A stretch of DNA of 13,445 nt from Octopus sinensis (lineage: Eukaryota): contig NW_021826158.1 of the NCBI RefSeq assembly GCF_006345805.1, positions 1 through 13,445 on the forward strand, written 5' to 3'. This document shows, one piece after another, positions 9,150 through 13,445 of the stretch. The stretch's first letter is position 1. Each line of letters opens with the position of its first letter. The position numbers and the translations under genes are program-made. Below the pieces are notes generated by a model that worked only from the letters and a program-made list of their open reading frames with translations, searched no databases and was not told where the DNA came from.

Positions 9150-9530
9150 TCTAGCTGGAGCTTCTAAATGATACATCGCTATGGGCAACAACGAAAGCTA
9201 TTATCCTTTGTTTCAATGACTTCTGTGCAAGACTGGCTTTGAACTGGTTGATCACCCTCCCTATTTTATTGATCTGGTTCCATCTGATAATCGTCTGTTT
9301 CCCAACATGAAGAAACACTTGGCTGGGCACCAGTATCGATGCGATGTCTTATCTGCCATTGATGAAGTTTTGACCAACAGAATAGCTTCTTCACCAGTGC
9401 GATCCAAGCACTGCAACTACTGATGGAAGTGAGTGGACAGTAATGGGAACTGTGTTAAAACATGAACTTCATTTGGTCCCATTCCATGAAAGTGTCTTGC
9501 TCAGCCTATTAACATTTCAGCCGACCTTCA
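9150..9530 (+). mobile_element. Mariner transposon 3' remnant
   Basis: GFELVDHPPYFIDLVPSDNRLFPNMKKHLAG (9235-9327) corresponds to the HPPYSPDLAPSD..LF motif. TIR-like end tcagcctattaacatttcagccgaccttca followed by TA at 9531-9532. Confidence 0.85.
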
Positions 9531-9599
9531 TAATAACAAAAATTATCATTATACCTGCATTTAATATTAATAATGAAAAAATCCATTTTCTTCCTAAAA

Positions 9600-9745
9600 G
9601 ATATGTATATGTGTATGTATGGCTGTGCGCGTGTGTATATATATGTATGTATATATATATATACATATATACATATGTGTGTGTGAGTGTGTGTGTGTGT
9701 GTGAGTGTGTGTGTGTGTGCGCGTGTGTATGTGTGTGTGTGTGTT
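9600..9745. repeat. (TA)n/(TG)n microsatellite
   Basis: Directly visible. Confidence 0.95.
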
Positions 9746-9989
9746 ATTATTTAGTTTTATTTCAAGACTTTTTGCCAATAGAGAAAGAGCCGGTTTCTAA
9801 TCTAGATCCAAGGCTCTTTCATTGCATTTCAGCATCAACAACAGAGTATTTTTGTATGTATGCGTGTATGTATGTATTTACGCGTGTATGTATATAAGTA
9901 TGTATGCATATGTGCGGATTTGTATATTTTGTTTTATGTGTGTATTCTCGTGCATTTAGTTGCATATCTAGACATGCTCACATATATTA

Positions 9990-11050
9990 TAAACATATGA
10001 GCATGTCTGGAAAGTTTTACAAATTTTTACAGATCTGTAGTCTTCGAATTAGGTTTCTCCTTTCTGGTTTTGAGAAGCCTAATTTTTCAAGATTGGTATT
10101 TCGGCAGTGGGTTACGTATCCCAGGACCCTAATAATTACAAGTATAAGCATGAAATTGTAACCTACATATAGTAACTGCAAATTTCTCAATAGTTCAGCG
10201 TAGGTATTCTCTTTTTCACAGATCTTCCTCTTTACAGCTGATTTCCACAACTGTACACAGTGTCTCTTCTCTATCCCAAATTATCATATCAGATCTGTTG
10301 TGCTTACATTTTATTGACGTTTTCACTGGGACATTCTACCAGTACTCCTCTTTATTATGAGTGGCTATGGCTTCTACCATACTGTGGGTTCTTATTTTTT
10401 TCTCCTCAGAGTTATCCTTACGATGGATTTCATTATAGAGTGTCCTAGCTACAACGTCATGTCTCATCGGTAGATAATACCGTGATGACATTTTCGGACA
10501 CACTGCTTATGATGTGGATGATATCTTCGGTGTTAACTCCACAAAGTCTGCATCAGTTATCACATTGTTCTGCTTTTCCTGCATCTCTGTCCCTTTTACA
10601 CATCAGGTATTAGGTTGATATTTCCTGTTCCTGGATTGCAAACGCATGCACTTCGAAGTGGAAGTTAGAAATCCGGTTATTGGTCCATGATAGACTGCTT
10701 TGATGATTGATGTTACTATCATCCCGGAGCTTTCTACTAACATATCCATGCAGGGTCCTTTGCTGATATACGCTCATCCTCTCATCTGATGATAAGCTGC
10801 AGTAGAATCGTGCGACTTCCTTCGGCATTTCTTTAATGTTATCAGACAAAGAATGTTGCTCAAGGAGCTGCTTTCCATGTCTTATGATGTCATCAACCAC
10901 ACGCATGCAAACTTGGTCAAGGGATGTACTTTGACACTTGGGGGTTAACAGATATTGCCGAATGGATATGATGCGATATTCAAGGGCATTTTGGGTCGAT
11001 GTTAAGCCTCTTCCCCTTGTTTTCGTTTTAGGTAGAGGCGGTCTACGTCA
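9990..11050 (-). mobile_element. 5'-truncated, degraded R4-like/RLE-clade non-LTR retrotransposon (post-RT region, CCHC knuckle, RLE)
   Basis: DVDRLYLKRKQG..RGL near 11049-11005; LHG..; FAIQEQEI; CRLCGVNTEDIIHIISS(C) at ~10552-10500; RHD; HNRSDMIIWD..VEIS..KEN.Y..L..IIRVLGYV. Multiple stops and frameshifts. Confidence 0.88.
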
Positions 11051-11194
11051 TTGTTTATTTATGTATTTATGTATGTAGACACACAAACACACACACACAC
11101 ACACACATACACACATACACACACACAACACAGATACACACACATACGGAAATTGAAGGTACTTTGCCAATATAACATTGGAAGTGACACTTTA

Positions 11195-11425
11195 AAGAAG
11201 GAAGCACATAGTCAAGTACCTGGAGGAGGTAGTGCTGCCCTGGGTCAAGAGGGTTGCTACTGGAAGACGCCATGTCTGGAAACAGAATTCTGAACCATAC
11301 TACACAAGAAGGAGAACCTAGTCATGGGTGTCAGATAATTTCTGCGACCACATCACCCCTAACATCTGGTCACCTAACTCTCCAGACAGCAACCTCCTTG
11401 ATTATTATGTGTGGGGTGCATAGAC
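11195..11425 (+). mobile_element. maT/DD37D-type Tc1/mariner transposase fragment
   Basis: LEEVVLPWVKRVATGRRHVWKQNSEPYYTRRRT*SWVSDNFCDHITPNIWSPNSPDSNLLDYYVWGA. 37 residues lie between the D2 position (now N) and the final D. Confidence 0.85.
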
Positions 11426-11799
11426 TGAGAGAGAAGAAGATAAAGAGCCTAGAAGAGACACAGCGAGAAAGGAACGTGAAGAGATTACTAGAGAGATGTT
11501 AGCGAGCCTTGATACTAAATACCAAAGTGATTATGGAAATATTAAGTAAGACGAAAAATTAATATATTCTGTAGATGTGCCAGTTGTTCGGAATTTCGTT
11601 TGACATGAGTCGTCCAACATATAATAATAGGTGTATGGACAGAATAGACACCATTCTCCATCAAAATACTTGGTATATCTATAATTTTTCAACTTTTTCT
11701 AGTACCCAAGGTTTCTTATTGACAAAGATCAACAATTTATTTATCAGAATTCAAAACAAAAAGAATAATTTGTTTTTTTTTTGTCAGTTCGTTGCTAAC

Positions 11800-11847
11800 A
11801 TGTATATATATATATATATATATATGCATTTATGTATGTATATATAT

Positions 11848-11893
<46 letters not shown>

Positions 11894-11955
11894 GTATGTA
11901 TATATGTATATATATATATATATATATGTGTGTTGTATGTATATATATATATATA
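11800..11955. repeat. (TA)n-rich microsatellite
   Basis: Directly visible. Confidence 0.95.
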
Positions 11956-12021
11956 CTAGCTGAAGGTGATCCGCTCTACGCGCGGGTAAGAGTGTGGTTG
12001 TAACTTTCTGTTGCTTCCTTT

Positions 12022-12332
12022 CAGCACGTAAAAAGCACCATCCGAACGTGGCCGATTGCAGCACCGCCTTGACTTGCTTCTGTGCCGGTGGCATGTAAAA
12101 AGCAACAACCGATCGTTGCCGCTGCGAGCCCCTCTGGCACCTGTCTCGGCAGCACGAAAAAAGCACCCACTACACTCACAGAGTGGTTGGCGTTAGGAAG
12201 GTCATCCACCTGTAGAAACACTGCCAGATCAGACTGGAGCCTGGTGCAGCCTCCTGGCTTCCCAGACCCCGGTCACACTGTCAACCGTGCTAGCACGGAA
12301 AACGGACGTTAAACGATGATGATGATGATGAT
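12022..12332 (+). mobile_element. 5'-truncated Octopus-type SINE with RTE-like 3' end and (GAT)n tail
   Basis: Three internal gca(c/t)g(t/a)aaaaagca units (~12025, 12091, 12152); ggttggcgttaggaagg.catcca.ctgtagaaa; tail gctagcacggaaaacggacgttaaac(GAT)6. Recognised from memory. Confidence 0.8.
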
Positions 12333-12649
12333 TCTCCGTATTGTTTCTCTCTCCTTTCTCTCTCACTTTCCCACTCTCTTACTTTTCTTTTCTCTCGGAC
12401 TCTCCCTCGCTTTCTCTTACTCTCTATCTTTATCTATCTCTCTCCCATTTATAAACAACAGAAGATCTTGAGTAAGTGAATGAGAAAAAATATTTAGAAA
12501 GATCAATCAGAATATGAGGTAGTGGCAATGGAAAGGTCTGTTCAAGGCAGACAGCAAAACGCTAACATATAAAAGGGACAGACAAACTTGCGAGCTGAAT
12601 AAAAAATAATAATATTGGAAACCAAAGGTTTGAAGGGATAGAATCTGAG

Positions 12650-12905
12650 GATAGTAGAGTCACCATGGTTGGCATTTGTTAACGACGGACAGCAACGTAG
12701 TGACAGTTTAACGGCTGGCGTAAAATTTTGAACTTGATGTAAAAGAAAATTCGTAAACACCAAGTTTTGAAGTGATTCTTTCTCACGACAGTAGACTCAC
12801 CATGGCAAGCATTCAAAACTTCTTTATCATGGACGGCAACACATTGACGATTAAAAGGCTGGCGCAAATTTTTTAGCTTGATGTAACAGAGAATTCCTAA
12901 ACACC
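12650..12905. repeat. Diverged tandem duplication, period ~137 bp
   Basis: ga(t/c)agtaga(g/c)tcaccatgg...ggctggcg..aaatttt...cttgatgtaa.aga.aattc.taaacacc starts at 12650 and again at 12787. Confidence 0.85.
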
Positions 12906-13445
12906 CGCTCCTTGAAATTTTAATCCCTTTCCAGCCCCATTTAGACCCCTTTTCACATTTTGGTTAATATAACCCGATTTCATTCGGGTCTACTGGGGCC
13001 ACATTTTATAAGATGAGGAATTTTGTCCTAGAGGTGACGCCTTTCATTTGAGGAAAAAAATAGTTGTCATGCAAACTTGCCAGCACTTTTAACATAGGTG
13101 TGCATATTTTCAGCTGAATCGACCGACCACGTAATGCACACATTATATATATATATATATATGTATATATGTGTGTGTGTGTGCACGCATTATATATACA
13201 ATTGTATACAAATGAGATATATATCTGTATAAATTAAATTAGAGATAAAACCACTAATAGGCAAATCAAACAGTGAAAAACCAAAAACAAACATTATAAA
13301 AAAATATAATATAGAAAATATATAAAATATAAAATTGAAAAATTTAAATTATTAAATTGAAAATAAAAATTATTAAATTATATTTACAATTTGGTTTTAA
13401 AAATATATATAACTATGAAAAAGTATGAAAAAGTTTAATATACAT

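Larger units (their letters stand above)
11956..13150 (-). mobile_element. Probable non-autonomous Helitron, interrupted by a SINE
   Basis: The minus strand ends with a GC hairpin (11987-11969), 9 nt, then CTAG (11959-11956) followed by T, which is the canonical Helitron 3' end. Internal CT-rich tract and ~137-bp tandem duplication. The right boundary is inferred and dissolves into (TA)n. Confidence 0.55.

Noticed and set aside
12022-12170. Three short spaced repeats resembling a CRISPR array
   Set aside because: The spacers resemble each other, the context is eukaryotic, and these are internal SINE tandem units.
13210-13445. AT-rich segment that looks like a dispersed repeat (also 3892-3950 and 9745-9850)
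   Set aside because: No diagnostic motif within the window; needs a repeat-library search.

Overview
Eukaryotic, repeat-saturated intergenic or intronic DNA, very probably from an octopus (cephalopod) genome; this rests on recognising two Octopus-type SINEs and on the dense (TA)n/(TG)n/(GA)n/(TAT)n microsatellites. No intact host gene is supported, and most ORFs in the track are translated microsatellites. Dead transposons in the window: two R4/Dong-like RLE non-LTR retrotransposon fragments, an internally deleted IR/DR-type DD34E Tc1 element with both termini and TA TSDs, a ZMYM1/DUF4371-like hAT remnant, a mariner remnant, a DD37D maT remnant, a probable non-autonomous Helitron and several SINEs. 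The least obvious content is six minimal type I hammerhead ribozyme motifs (four with complete cores, two decayed) with palindromic stem III. They belong to about five sequence-distinct non-coding Penelope-like/retrozyme-like elements, most of which show direct or inverted duplications. The best case (5828-6503) has a 360-bp tandem unit, a hammerhead with a compensatory U3-A8 core pair, and a ~185-bp fold-back palindrome centred on a native mini-hairpin.
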